Shown here in pieces: positions 18,382 to 28,059 of a DNA stretch of 64,000 nucleotides. Source of the DNA: Candidatus Omnitrophota bacterium (GTDB taxonomy: Bacteria > Omnitrophota > Omnitrophia > Omnitrophales > Aquincolibacteriaceae); NCBI GenBank assembly GCA_035368605.1, contig DAOSLF010000003.1, forward strand, positions 889 through 64,888, given 5' to 3'. Below the pieces are notes generated by a model. It worked only from the letters and a program-made list of their open reading frames with translations, was not told the origin of the DNA and ran no database searches. How positions within the stretch are numbered: the stretch's first letter is position 1; each line of letters starts with the position of its first letter. Both the position numbers and the translations under genes were made by a program.

Positions 18382-21183
18382 TTAAACATTTATACCCTGC
18401 CCTGTGTTGTATTTCTTGAGGCACCGCCCCGTATAAGACCGCTCGCACGCGAGAAGACCCGGGACATCCCCTGCGTAGAGGACCTCGCCACCCCTGTCGC
18501 CCCCCTCGGGTCCGAGATCGATCACATGGTCCGCGAGACTGATCAGTCCCATATGGTGTTCGATCACAAAGAGCGAATGCCCGCGCGCGAGGAGCTCGTC
18601 AAAAGCCTTCAGCAAATGATGGATATCCCGCTCATGAAGACCGGTGGTCGGTTCGTCGAGGAGATAGAGGGATGGTTCCGGTCCCAATTCGGTAAGCTCC
18701 GACGCGAGCTTCAGGCGTTGCGCCTCCCCTCCCGACAACGTGAGCGTCGGCTGTCCGAGCCGGAGATAGCCGAGGCCGATCCTGCGGAGGATATCCAGTT
18801 TCTCGATGAGGCCCTTGCGATCCGCGAAGAAGACGGCCGCTTCATCCACGGTCATATTGAGGACCTGATCGATGTTCTTTCCCTGATATTCGATCTCGAG
18901 GATCTCGCCCTTGAAACGTTTCCCGCGGCAGGCTTCACAGGGGACAAAGACATCCGCGAGAAAATGCATCTCCACCTTCACGGCACCATCCCCCTTGCAG
19001 GCCGGACAGCGGCCTTTCTCGGAATTGAAGGAAAAGTGACCGGCATCGAATCCCGCGCGCCGGGCCGCCTGGGTCGCGGCAAAGAGTTTGCGGATCTCTT
19101 CGAACGCCTTCGTATAGGTCGCTGGATTGGACCGGGGAGAGCGGCCGATCGGTGACTGGTCGATCACGATCATCTTCGCGATGTGCTCGAATCCCGTGAC
19201 ACGGCCCGCTTCGCCAAGTTCTTCGCGGGAAACAGGTTCGCCGCGGGATTTCAGATAATGATGATAGAGAACATCATAGAGCAGCGTGCTTTTCCCGGAA
19301 CCTGAAACGCCGGTCAGGACCGTCAGCCGTCCGAGCGGGACCGTCACACTGATATTTTTCAGGTTATGCGCCCGCGCGTTTATGATCGTGATCGCCGCTG
19401 TTTTATTCCGGGCCGCGCGGCCGGATTCCGGAACGCGGAACGCCCGTGTCAGTTTTTCCCGTCCCGAAAGATAGCGGGCCGTGTGGGAGTCCTTCACGCC
19501 AGGGAGTCCCCGGACAGGTCCCTGATAAATGAGCCGTCCTCCTCCGGCGCCGCCGTCCGGACCGAGGTCGATCACTTCGTCGGCGGCTTCAATCATCGTC
19601 CGGTCGTGTTCGACCACAACAACCGTATTCCCGAGGTCGCGCAGTTTTTTGAGGAGATTGATCAGCATTTCGTTGTCGCGCTCGTGCAACCCGACGCTCG
19701 GCTCGTCCAGCACATACAGCGTGTCGACAAGCGCCGAACCGAGCGAGCTCGCGAGATGGATCCGCTCCACTTCCCCGCCCGAAAGGGTGCGGGACATCCG
19801 GTCAAGCGTGAGGTAGCCGAGGCCGACCTCTTTCAGAAAGCCGACACGCGCAAGAAGTTCCTCGTGCACGGGGCCGGTCTTCTCCCTTTCCGCAGGCCGG
19901 AATTCGATTCCGCGAAGGAATTCGAGCAGCCGGTCGACCGGCATCGCCTGGATTTCGGCGATCGTCTTGCCGCCGACCCGGTAATTCATCGCCTCCGGTT
20001 TCAGACGGGCGGTCCCGCAGGCCGAACACGGAATGTAGCCGCGGTAGCGGTTCAGGAAAATCCGAACGTGCATCTTGTAGATCTTCTTCGCGAGGTAATC
20101 GAAGAAATCCCGCACGCTGAAGTATTCGTCTCCTTCGCGTCCGTTAAAAATCCATTCCTGGTGCTCTTTTTTGAGTTTCGCCCAGGGCTTTTTGACAGGA
20201 ATGCGTTTCCTCGAACAGAAATCGAGCAGTTGCCCCTGCTCCCAGCGGGTGCTCGCCTTCGTCCACGGCTCGATCGCGCCGCCGCTGATCGAACGCGAAG
20301 GATCGGGAATGACGAGGTCCCGGTCGATCGTGATGACGCGTCCGAACCCCTGGCAGACGGGGCAGGCGCCGAGCGGGCTGTTGAACGAGAAAAGGTTGGA
20401 CGTGGGTTCGGGGAACGTCCGGTCGCAGGAAATACAGCGGAGCTTCTCGGAAAAGGTCAATCGCTCGCCATCGGTCCATGCCTGGACCTCGCCCTGCCCG
20501 TAACGGAACCCGGTCTCGAGCGAATCGATCAGACGTTCCCGTTCATTCGCGGCGGGGATCAGTTCGTCAATCCCCACGAAAAGTTCCTCAGGCGCCGGCT
20601 TGGCCGCGACGACCGCACTTCCCTCGCGCCATTCGCCTTTATGAAAGAACGGGCCAAACCCTTGCCGCTCGAGTTCGGCGATATTCTCCTTCAGGTATTT
20701 TTTCCCGGATCTCCCGACCGCGATCCGGATCACGATCCGGAACTTTCGGCCCGAAGCGTCCGCGATCAGCCGGTCCGCCGTGCCCGCCGGGTCGTGGCTC
20801 TCAACCTCTTTCCCGCAATCCGGACAAGTCAGGCGCCCCGCCCGGGCGAAAAGGACCCGGAGATAGTCGTTGATCTCGGTCTGGGTGCCAACCGTCGAGC
20901 GGGCATTTGTGACGATATTCTTGGCCTGGATCGCGATCGCGGGAGGGATTCCGGTGGCGCTTTCGAGATCCGGCTTCGGCATCCGCTCGAGGAATTGGCG
21001 GGCATACGCGGAAACGGACTCGAGATAGCGGCGCTGTCCCTCCGCATACAGGGTGTCAAAGGCAAGGGATGATTTTCCCGATCCGGAGACACCCGTTACG
21101 ACATAGAACTTCCGGTGCGGAAGCCTGAGGTGGAGGTTCTTGAGATTGTGGGTCCTGACCCCGCGGAGCTCGATGGAATCCAA
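18382..21183 (-). CDS. uvrA: Excinuclease ABC subunit A
   Basis: Two ABC modules (VVTGVSGSGKSSLAF, VLTGVSGSGKSTLLY) and Zn-finger Cys pairs. In-frame TTG 21183 gives LDSIELRGVRTHNLKN, a typical UvrA N-terminus, and about 934 aa. The listed ORF to 21354 overlaps the upstream lipoprotein gene. Confidence 0.9.
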   Translation of the reverse strand: MDSIELRGVRTHNLKNLHLRLPHRKFYVVTGVSGSGKSSLAFDTLYAEGQRRYLESVSAYARQFLERMPKPDLESATGIPPAIAIQAKNIVTNARSTVGTQTEINDYLRVLFARAGRLTCPDCGKEVESHDPAGTADRLIADASGRKFRIVIRIAVGRSGKKYLKENIAELERQGFGPFFHKGEWREGSAVVAAKPAPEELFVGIDELIPAANERERLIDSLETGFRYGQGEVQAWTDGERLTFSEKLRCISCDRTFPEPTSNLFSFNSPLGACPVCQGFGRVITIDRDLVIPDPSRSISGGAIEPWTKASTRWEQGQLLDFCSRKRIPVKKPWAKLKKEHQEWIFNGREGDEYFSVRDFFDYLAKKIYKMHVRIFLNRYRGYIPCSACGTARLKPEAMNYRVGGKTIAEIQAMPVDRLLEFLRGIEFRPAEREKTGPVHEELLARVGFLKEVGLGYLTLDRMSRTLSGGEVERIHLASSLGSALVDTLYVLDEPSVGLHERDNEMLINLLKKLRDLGNTVVVVEHDRTMIEAADEVIDLGPDGGAGGGRLIYQGPVRGLPGVKDSHTARYLSGREKLTRAFRVPESGRAARNKTAAITIINARAHNLKNISVTVPLGRLTVLTGVSGSGKSTLLYDVLYHHYLKSRGEPVSREELGEAGRVTGFEHIAKMIVIDQSPIGRSPRSNPATYTKAFEEIRKLFAATQAARRAGFDAGHFSFNSEKGRCPACKGDGAVKVEMHFLADVFVPCEACRGKRFKGEILEIEYQGKNIDQVLNMTVDEAAVFFADRKGLIEKLDILRRIGLGYLRLGQPTLTLSGGEAQRLKLASELTELGPEPSLYLLDEPTTGLHERDIHHLLKAFDELLARGHSLFVIEHHMGLISLADHVIDLGPEGGDRGGEVLYAGDVPGLLACERSYTGRCLKKYNTGQGINV

Positions 21184-21199
21184 GGAAATCCCGGACGAA

Positions 21200-21589
21200 C
21201 TACCTGGCGTCGCTCGGGAGCCTGTCGCCGATCCAGTCGATGATCTCGCCGCTGCTGAGCCGCTGCCGGGAGTCGGGCGCGAGAGACACCGAGGTCTGTT
21301 CCCGGTCGACCCGTTTGACGAGGATCGAGATAACGCGTTTGTCAGCGTCGTCAAAGCGGGTGTACTCGGTGTTGCGGACCGTGATGAGGCCTTTTTCCTT
21401 GTCGGTGGACTCGAGTTCCCATCCGGGCTTCGCGTTCAGAGCCATCAGGGTGTTCATGTAGGTCAGGTCATAAGGCTTGTTATAAAGAAGGACCTCGTCG
21501 TGGACCGGGAGGACCTTGTGGACCGACGAACAGCCGGGAAGATAGAGGCACGCGAGAACGGCAACACACATCAGGATTTTTTTCATCAT
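21200..21589 (-). CDS. Small lipoprotein (129 aa)
   Basis: ATG 21589 preceded by AAGGAGA. MMKKILMCVAVLACLYLPGC lipobox. No recognised family. Confidence 0.7.
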   Translation of the reverse strand: MMKKILMCVAVLACLYLPGCSSVHKVLPVHDEVLLYNKPYDLTYMNTLMALNAKPGWELESTDKEKGLITVRNTEYTRFDDADKRVISILVKRVDREQTSVSLAPDSRQRLSSGEIIDWIGDRLPSDAR

Positions 21590-21655
21590 GGATATCTCCT
21601 TAACCCCGCAGGGTCTCGATTTGAAGCCGGCTTTTTTGTCCGTCACCGGACAGGG

Positions 21656-24600
21656 CTAGAACTTCCCCGTCATCCGCACGAACGGACCGCTGTTATGATA
21701 ATTGTTCGCGTCCCGGAGGTCATCCGTAAAATCGGTAAAATTATAACCGATCCCGATCCGCACGTAATCATAGATTTCACGATCAACCTCGAAAAGCATC
21801 CCGTGCCGTATCGTATCGAGCGCGGAGGATTGCCACAAGAGCCGATATTCGGCCGCGATATCCCATTTCCGGGTCACATGGAAATTAATGCGGCTGACAG
21901 ACAAGAAATTACCGGTATCCGTCTCATCAAGCGTGTTACGGGCCAAAGTGAACAAGTCGCGATCCTGGGTGATCAGCGTTGCCCGTTTCCACGCCAGTTT
22001 CTGTGCGAGACCGAAGAACCGATTCACGTCATAGATCGCGTCCATTGAGATAACATGCGCGATCTCATGGAACATGTTTTCGTTGTAATAAGAATTCACG
22101 TACTGAAAATCATTTCCGATGTCTCTCAAATAGCTATACTTAAAGAGAAAATTCAGGTGGTCAAGACCAATAGGGCGATAGGCAAAAGCCACGGTAAAAT
22201 CCGCAAAATTCCCAAGATTTGTTTGCTTGCTTTCATCCACGAGATCGAAAAGATAGGTGGCGCCATAATCAAATTTGGTCAGAAAAGTCAGCTCGCGATG
22301 AATTTGATATTGAAATGAATTGCGCAAGACCAGCTGATTACCCTTGGGATACGCACCATTGCTTCTCAGTTCCGCATAAGTCCGCGCACGGAGTTTTCTG
22401 CCGTCCGCGTAGGCCAGATAGCCTCCATAAACGTTGGAGCTGTTATTCTGCGCCAGGCTATTTTCAACCAATGTCAGCAGATTCCGGGCCATCGAACTGT
22501 CCAAGTGCCGCCGCTCATACTTCGCGCCGTAATCCCAGTGGTCGTTCAGCGCGCCCTCATAGCCGAGAATATCCGCAAAACCATCCACGCCCTGGTAGGA
22601 GGAGTACTCGCGTTCCGAATAAATTCGCGATTTCTCGGTAAGCGAAAAAGAGCTCCCGATCGCGGTTGAGAGTGTCCTCGAACCAATGCCGCGGTCGATC
22701 GAGCGGAGGTTCGCATAGCTTCGCGCGCCGTTGCCGTGGTTCCTTTCGAAGCCGAAGTAGGTCGAATCCCCCAGCGGACCGAACATCTGCTCGATATAAC
22801 CGAAGACATCCTTGATCAGCTCGCAACGCACACCGCCGCCAAACTGGTAATTGTCCGCCGAGTGAAGAGTCGTTTGCGCTTTCACATACGGCAAGAGGCG
22901 GTCATTGATATGGTAGCCGATCTTGGTCGCGATGCCGTGCTCATAGGGGATTTCGGAATAAAGCGAGGGCGTCAGGTTGGCAGCGTCCTGGACTTGGTCG
23001 ATGTTGCTGCGCTGGTATTCGGCCTGGGCAAGGTATTTGCCGTTATCGTAGGCAAGCTGGGCCGTGTGGGTCTGCAGGTCTTCGTAAGGGGCCATGATAT
23101 TATGCTCGGCAAGAGGCATCAACTGGCCGATCACCTCGCTTGAATCGAAACGGTAGCGGGCCGAGAAATTATCGGTGAACTTGTAACGGCTCGCGAGACC
23201 GTATTTCTTGAAACCTTCCTGGCTCGTCATGTGGCCGTTCGAAAAACTCGGCTCCACGCCCTGGACGTAACCGCTCACTTCGAGGTTCCTCACGGGTTCC
23301 GACTGCGCGCGGATCAGGTAGGCGTCCTCGCGCGGCCGCGTGTTGTCCCCGCGCAGGTTCCCTTCCGTCCCGAAGCTGAGCCCTCCGTCGAAAGAGACCG
23401 AGGAATCCATCTGCTTGTTCGCGGTGGTCGCGTACTCCGCGGTGATCTTGGTGTTGCGGCCGAACTTCATCATCAGGTCAACGCCGCGCATGTCGTAATC
23501 GTTGCCGCCGGTCCGTTTTTCCTCGACCGCCGTTGCACCGAGCCTCACGTGATCGCCGGCCCACACGTAACCGCGCAGACCGCGGTTGCCGATCTCCGGA
23601 AGGTCCGACGAGGAAGGTTCATACTCGTAGTCCACGATCAGGTAAACGGGATTGCCGTCCATGATATCGGCCGAAACGAGCGAATCCGTCGCGGCGACGG
23701 ACGAGAGCGGGCGGGAAAGAAGGATGCGGCCTTCGGCGTAGCTGATCTCGTAATCCGTCCCTTCCGTCATGTCGTGGCTCGTCAGCACCATCCCCGTAAT
23801 CTTGTCGCGGATCTCGACGCGAATCTTTTCGCTACCTTCGATCAGGTTCCGGTTGCGCGTGTAGAAAAGGGAGCCGCCCGTCGCGTAGAACTCGTTATGG
23901 TCGGCCCGTTTGTCCGAATCAGCCCAGAAAAACCGGAGACCGCGCTTCGGGTCCCCGTAGACCGTGCTCGCGACCGAATCGAAACTCCCCTTGAGGCCGG
24001 AGAGCGTCCGGTTATAGGTGGCCAGTTCGGTATCCGTGAATTCCGTCTTGAAGCTCCCCCATTTCAGATAAGACTTGTCCATCTCGACCAGCACATAGAG
24101 CCGCTGGGCCGTGTCCTGCGCCTCGTAGTCGCGTGCCGAGTAGTCGCCGTAGACCGGATAGTATTCGTCAGGGTCGAGGTTCGTGAACAGCGCGGAACGG
24201 CGATCCGAGGTGTCGTAGTGAGCCTTGACGAGGAACTTCCCCTTGAGTTTCGATTTCAGGAAAAAGGCCGCGCGGCCGTCCTCGGTGAACCCGTCGCGGT
24301 AGGCGTCGGAATCCGCGGCTTCCATCGCCCCGTTCGCGAAATTGATGCCGAGCTGCTCCTCGCCAAGGGCGACCATGAAGAACGTGCTGTCCTTGACCTT
24401 GATCTTTTCCTGGTAGGTCGTGCTTTCCCCTTTCGGATCCGCGGCCATGATGTTGAACTCGTGCTCGCCGGGCTCGACGAAGAACTCCTTCTGGAACATG
24501 CCGGTCTCGGGGTCCACTGTCACGGGGAGGTCGTTGATCATGACCTGGTACTCGGGTCTTGTCTTGCCCTGGACCCGGACCGTCGGTTTCGCGATGAGGG

Positions 24601-26419
24601 GGATGCTGCGCTTGCCGTCCTTAAAGAGGTTGAAATCCCCGACCGCCGGAAGCTCGGGCTGGTAGTTCTTCTGGGCCCTGGGATCGAGCTTGTTGTAGAC
24701 CTCGAAGAACTTGAGGGTTGTCCAATCCTCGTGGTGCTTCGCATCGCGAACCTTGAGCTGGTACGAATAGACGCCGGGCTTGATCATGAAACCATTCTCG
24801 GCCTTCCCGTCCCACGTCACCTCCGCGGGCGGCGCACCGATGCCGTAACCGGTCCAGACGGGCACGCCCATTTCGTCGCGGACCTCGATGGCCCATTTCT
24901 TGACGAACCTGGCGTAATTGGTGTCGAGCCTGAAGAGCGCGTCCTTTTCGAGGACCCCGACGCCGAGCTTCAGGAGCTCCGGTTCCATCATAATGTCAAG
25001 GTCCGGCCGGGAGATATCAACCCCCTGCGTGACCATGACCATCAGGTCCTTGCGGAACGCCTCGGGAATGCCGGAGGGCGGGAGCAGGACGGCAAAACTC
25101 GCCTTGCCCATGAGACCGGGCGTGATCTTCACGAGATAGGTCTCTTCGGTGATGAATTTCGTTCCTTCGGGAAGCGTATGCCCGTCGATCTTGACGAGAT
25201 GGCGGCCCGGCGCGACGCCGGGGATGTGATAGCGGCCGTACTCATCGGTGACAACCTTGATGCCCTCTTCCGTATAAAGCGTCACCCACGGCACGCCCTC
25301 TTCACCGCATTGCTGGACGCCGTCCTGGTTAAGATCGTTAAAGACCTTGCCGATGATGGTCCCCTCCTCAAAGATCGGATCGCCCACGACCGTGAACTGC
25401 ACGTGCGCCGTTTCGGAAAGCGTGCCGCCGCTCCCCTCCACCGTAACCTCCAGCGAATATGTCTTCCCGAGCTGGACACCGCTCGTCACGAGCGTGGCAA
25501 ACGTCACGTCATACGAGGCGCCGGGTCCGATCGTCCCGAGCGGGATGAGCAGCGAGCCGTCCTGCCCGGCGACCGACTTCCCGTTCACGCGGATCGAATG
25601 CTCGGCGTAGTCGAACCCGTTCGGAATCTTGACCCGCATGTTCGAGTTCGTGAAGGTGTTGCCGGAACTATTCCGGAAATGCGCATTAATCCCGATCGCG
25701 TCTCCTTTCTTGATGTGACGCTTGGACGCCGCAACCGTAAGCTTTGCCGGATTCACTTCCGCGTTCAGATCGTCATACAGAATATTTCCATATCGGGGAA
25801 CTGCACCGGCGCTGACACCGTTGGCATCCAAAACAAAAACAACTTTGGCCGCATTTTCAGGAACGATCGCAGTTATCGAAAAGAGCGTCCAGACGCCCAC
25901 CGGAGCGGTGGCAGCAGTGATTTTTCCCGTTTCAACGGGAGTTCCGATTTTCACCCCGGAGGCGTCCTCGAACTCGATCTTCATTCTCCCCCCCGTGTCC
26001 GCTGCCATGATGTCCGATTGGGCATAGCCCGAGAAAGTAATGTAATCTCCCGGCTTCACGTTGCTGTAGGTCTGGAACGTGAAGGTGCTTTCATAAAAAG
26101 CCGGCGCGTCAAAATAGGCCTGCAAATAAAGCGCGTAGGAGCCGTTCCTCGGGGCGAGAAAACCGGGCGGCAACCCGGCGGGATTAACCACTCCATCCCA
26201 GCGCCCCATTTTGGCGGTCGTGTTCAAAGGCCTGGTGTTATCTGCCCAGTTATTCTGCGTCCCGTCCCCAAGCGGCTGTTCAAAACTCGGGTTGCCGAGC
26301 ACGTTGGCGAAGGCGGAAGGCGTAAAAGCGAAAAACAGCCACAAACCACAAAACCATACGGCAATACGAAGCCGGGGCGCTTTCTTGGCGGGCATGTGGT
26401 GTGTGGCGCGTGACATCAT
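21656..26419 (-). CDS. Very large multidomain outer-membrane protein (1,587 aa): CBM-like N-terminus, DUF11-like repeat, SdrD-B/Cna-B-like and FlgD-Ig-like modules, about 900-aa C-terminal beta-barrel-like region
   Basis: Signal peptide ...WFCGLWLFFAFTPSAFA. NVLGNPSFEQPLG (CBM4/9-like). LTVAASKRHIKKGDAIGINAHFRNSSGNTFTN...IPNGFDY (DUF11-like). GTIIGKVFNDLNQDGVQQCGEEGVPWVTLYTEEGIKVVTDEYGRYHIPG (SdrD-B-like). VTWDGKAENGFMIKPGVYSYQLKVRD (FlgD-Ig-like). Aromatic-rich alternating C-terminal part ending ...VRMTGKF (terminal Phe, OMP hallmark). Confidence 0.8.
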   Translation of the reverse strand: MMSRATHHMPAKKAPRLRIAVWFCGLWLFFAFTPSAFANVLGNPSFEQPLGDGTQNNWADNTRPLNTTAKMGRWDGVVNPAGLPPGFLAPRNGSYALYLQAYFDAPAFYESTFTFQTYSNVKPGDYITFSGYAQSDIMAADTGGRMKIEFEDASGVKIGTPVETGKITAATAPVGVWTLFSITAIVPENAAKVVFVLDANGVSAGAVPRYGNILYDDLNAEVNPAKLTVAASKRHIKKGDAIGINAHFRNSSGNTFTNSNMRVKIPNGFDYAEHSIRVNGKSVAGQDGSLLIPLGTIGPGASYDVTFATLVTSGVQLGKTYSLEVTVEGSGGTLSETAHVQFTVVGDPIFEEGTIIGKVFNDLNQDGVQQCGEEGVPWVTLYTEEGIKVVTDEYGRYHIPGVAPGRHLVKIDGHTLPEGTKFITEETYLVKITPGLMGKASFAVLLPPSGIPEAFRKDLMVMVTQGVDISRPDLDIMMEPELLKLGVGVLEKDALFRLDTNYARFVKKWAIEVRDEMGVPVWTGYGIGAPPAEVTWDGKAENGFMIKPGVYSYQLKVRDAKHHEDWTTLKFFEVYNKLDPRAQKNYQPELPAVGDFNLFKDGKRSIPLIAKPTVRVQGKTRPEYQVMINDLPVTVDPETGMFQKEFFVEPGEHEFNIMAADPKGESTTYQEKIKVKDSTFFMVALGEEQLGINFANGAMEAADSDAYRDGFTEDGRAAFFLKSKLKGKFLVKAHYDTSDRRSALFTNLDPDEYYPVYGDYSARDYEAQDTAQRLYVLVEMDKSYLKWGSFKTEFTDTELATYNRTLSGLKGSFDSVASTVYGDPKRGLRFFWADSDKRADHNEFYATGGSLFYTRNRNLIEGSEKIRVEIRDKITGMVLTSHDMTEGTDYEISYAEGRILLSRPLSSVAATDSLVSADIMDGNPVYLIVDYEYEPSSSDLPEIGNRGLRGYVWAGDHVRLGATAVEEKRTGGNDYDMRGVDLMMKFGRNTKITAEYATTANKQMDSSVSFDGGLSFGTEGNLRGDNTRPREDAYLIRAQSEPVRNLEVSGYVQGVEPSFSNGHMTSQEGFKKYGLASRYKFTDNFSARYRFDSSEVIGQLMPLAEHNIMAPYEDLQTHTAQLAYDNGKYLAQAEYQRSNIDQVQDAANLTPSLYSEIPYEHGIATKIGYHINDRLLPYVKAQTTLHSADNYQFGGGVRCELIKDVFGYIEQMFGPLGDSTYFGFERNHGNGARSYANLRSIDRGIGSRTLSTAIGSSFSLTEKSRIYSEREYSSYQGVDGFADILGYEGALNDHWDYGAKYERRHLDSSMARNLLTLVENSLAQNNSSNVYGGYLAYADGRKLRARTYAELRSNGAYPKGNQLVLRNSFQYQIHRELTFLTKFDYGATYLFDLVDESKQTNLGNFADFTVAFAYRPIGLDHLNFLFKYSYLRDIGNDFQYVNSYYNENMFHEIAHVISMDAIYDVNRFFGLAQKLAWKRATLITQDRDLFTLARNTLDETDTGNFLSVSRINFHVTRKWDIAAEYRLLWQSSALDTIRHGMLFEVDREIYDYVRIGIGYNFTDFTDDLRDANNYHNSGPFVRMTGKF

Positions 26420-27994
26420 TTAAAACCGCCTGTGCGAGAACTTCATTCCAAAACGGAGGTCGTAACGGATGGCATCGGGAGCTTCCCCGTCCTGCTTGGA
26501 GTGCTGAACTTTACCGATCGCAAGCCATTCCCCGAAGATCGCTATTTTGGAAAGCCACTCGTCTTCTTTCCAGCGATAGGACCTGAACGGCATCCAGCGG
26601 ATTCCGGGAGCAAGGTAATACTGGTTTTGATAATGATAAGAGTATTCGTCATTGCTTGTATGCTCAAAACGGAGGTAAGGCATCAGGACCAATTCATCGT
26701 TGATCGGGTTATGCGGGAGCGGGATAGCGGGCAGCTTGATCCCCATGATCACGGAGGAGTTCAGAATCCAGGCGTTGAAATGACGCATCTCGCTAAAATC
26801 GGTTTTATGCCACCGGTAGTCGCCGAAATATTCGCCCCACACATATTGACGGAGATAATCGGCAAAACGTTCGGGCTTTCCTTCGTCCAGAGGCGGCAAC
26901 TCCGTGCCCCATTCATAGAAAATCTGAACCCCGGCAACCAGATCGTAGTCTTTCGCGTTCTGGATCTCGTCCTTGATGTTGTAACGGTTGCCGTATTTGA
27001 TATAGAACTTGTAATTCCGGACCCATTCAAGGAGCGGGATGTCCCAGCCGAACGGGCGGAAGTTGTAAAGCCAGGGATTGCGCGCGAAGGGACGCCATTC
27101 GAATCCGGCGAAGATATCGAAGTGGCTCTTGTAATCCGCCCCGACCGCTTCGATCGTTGTCGTCTCCTCGAAGAAGGGATCGATGGTGCTGAGCGGGGCG
27201 CGGATGCCTTTAAGGACGATGCGGTTCGTCCAGTAGCCGACCTGGCTGTTGAAGTTCCTGTTCTCGAGGTTGGTCATGCGGTAGGTTGTTTCGCCGAAGG
27301 ACTGCCACAGCACCGGTTCGCCGGCCGGCTCGCCCTGGAAGGGGCCCCACATCTTTTCCCCGAGATCGAGCTGGTCCGCGAATTTAAGAACGAGCTCTTC
27401 TTCCTTCTGGTACTGGGCCTTCGTCTTCACGGGCTCCGGTTTTTCAGGCGCGACAAACACCGGCACGGCCTGGACGCTCTTTGCGAAATTCCCGCCCTGG
27501 GATTCGATCCTCGATTTGACGCGGGTCACTTCCGCGGTCGCCTGGGCGGCCGTCGGGAAGGCCTTGTCCCCGACCCAGAAAAGATCGGACGTTCCCCCGC
27601 CCGCGAGCGGGAGGGGAAGTTTGCGGATCTCTACGCCTTCGAAATTCGCGACCTGCAGGTTCTTCTTGATGTATTCGTCGATCGCCTTGATGTCTTTCAG
27701 GCCGGGAAGGAAACGCGATCGGAGCGCGCCGCCCCCGAAATCTGTCACGATGGAATATTCGGCGTTCTGCGGCCGCGAGCGGGTCTTGATCACGGGAAAG
27801 CCGCGGACCCCGGAGACCTTCAGGTCGAGTTTCTGGCCGGACGGGGCGTAGAAATGCTCGGCGTAGAGATTTCTCCCGGGAGTTTCGGCCGGAGCGGCTT
27901 CAGGCTCGGTCGTCAGGATGCCCGCAAACGCAGGGGAGGAACAGAAAAGAACCGCGCTTGCCAAAACAGGGGGTATGAAATTTTTAAGTATCAT
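26420..27994 (-). CDS. Secreted, probable outer-membrane beta-barrel protein (524 aa)
   Basis: Signal peptide MILKNFIPPVLASAVLFCSSPAFA. Aromatic-rich C-terminal half ending ...FGMKFSHRRF. Its stop TAA directly abuts the ATG of the 1,587-aa gene (TAAATGATG). Confidence 0.7.
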   Translation of the reverse strand: MILKNFIPPVLASAVLFCSSPAFAGILTTEPEAAPAETPGRNLYAEHFYAPSGQKLDLKVSGVRGFPVIKTRSRPQNAEYSIVTDFGGGALRSRFLPGLKDIKAIDEYIKKNLQVANFEGVEIRKLPLPLAGGGTSDLFWVGDKAFPTAAQATAEVTRVKSRIESQGGNFAKSVQAVPVFVAPEKPEPVKTKAQYQKEEELVLKFADQLDLGEKMWGPFQGEPAGEPVLWQSFGETTYRMTNLENRNFNSQVGYWTNRIVLKGIRAPLSTIDPFFEETTTIEAVGADYKSHFDIFAGFEWRPFARNPWLYNFRPFGWDIPLLEWVRNYKFYIKYGNRYNIKDEIQNAKDYDLVAGVQIFYEWGTELPPLDEGKPERFADYLRQYVWGEYFGDYRWHKTDFSEMRHFNAWILNSSVIMGIKLPAIPLPHNPINDELVLMPYLRFEHTSNDEYSYHYQNQYYLAPGIRWMPFRSYRWKEDEWLSKIAIFGEWLAIGKVQHSKQDGEAPDAIRYDLRFGMKFSHRRF

Positions 27995-28000
27995 TAAAAA

Positions 28001-28030
28001 TTTTTAGTTTTTGGCTTTCGGCTTTTGCAA
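28001..28030 (-). promoter_or_regulatory. Putative sigma70-type promoter giving a leaderless transcript for the 524-aa gene
   Basis: On the minus strand: TTGCAA (28030-28025), 18 nt, TAAAAA (28006-28001), 6 nt, then ATG at 27994. No SD; AT-rich surroundings. Confidence 0.4.
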
Positions 28031-28059
28031 AACTTTAATGAACAAGGTCCCGCCAAAAC

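Noticed and set aside
19366-21072. 568-aa plus-strand ORF
   Set aside because: Antisense shadow of uvrA, whose identity is unambiguous.
21184-21354. N-terminal extension of uvrA in the listed 990-aa ORF
   Set aside because: The extension is Ser/Gly/Arg-rich and overlaps the lipoprotein gene 21200..21589. TTG 21183 gives a canonical UvrA N-terminus and length.
23231-26413. 1,060-aa plus-strand ORF
   Set aside because: It is antisense to the 1,587-aa minus-strand gene. The translation is Arg/Gly/Pro/Asp-rich and low in complexity, with no motifs. This is a typical shadow ORF in GC-rich DNA.
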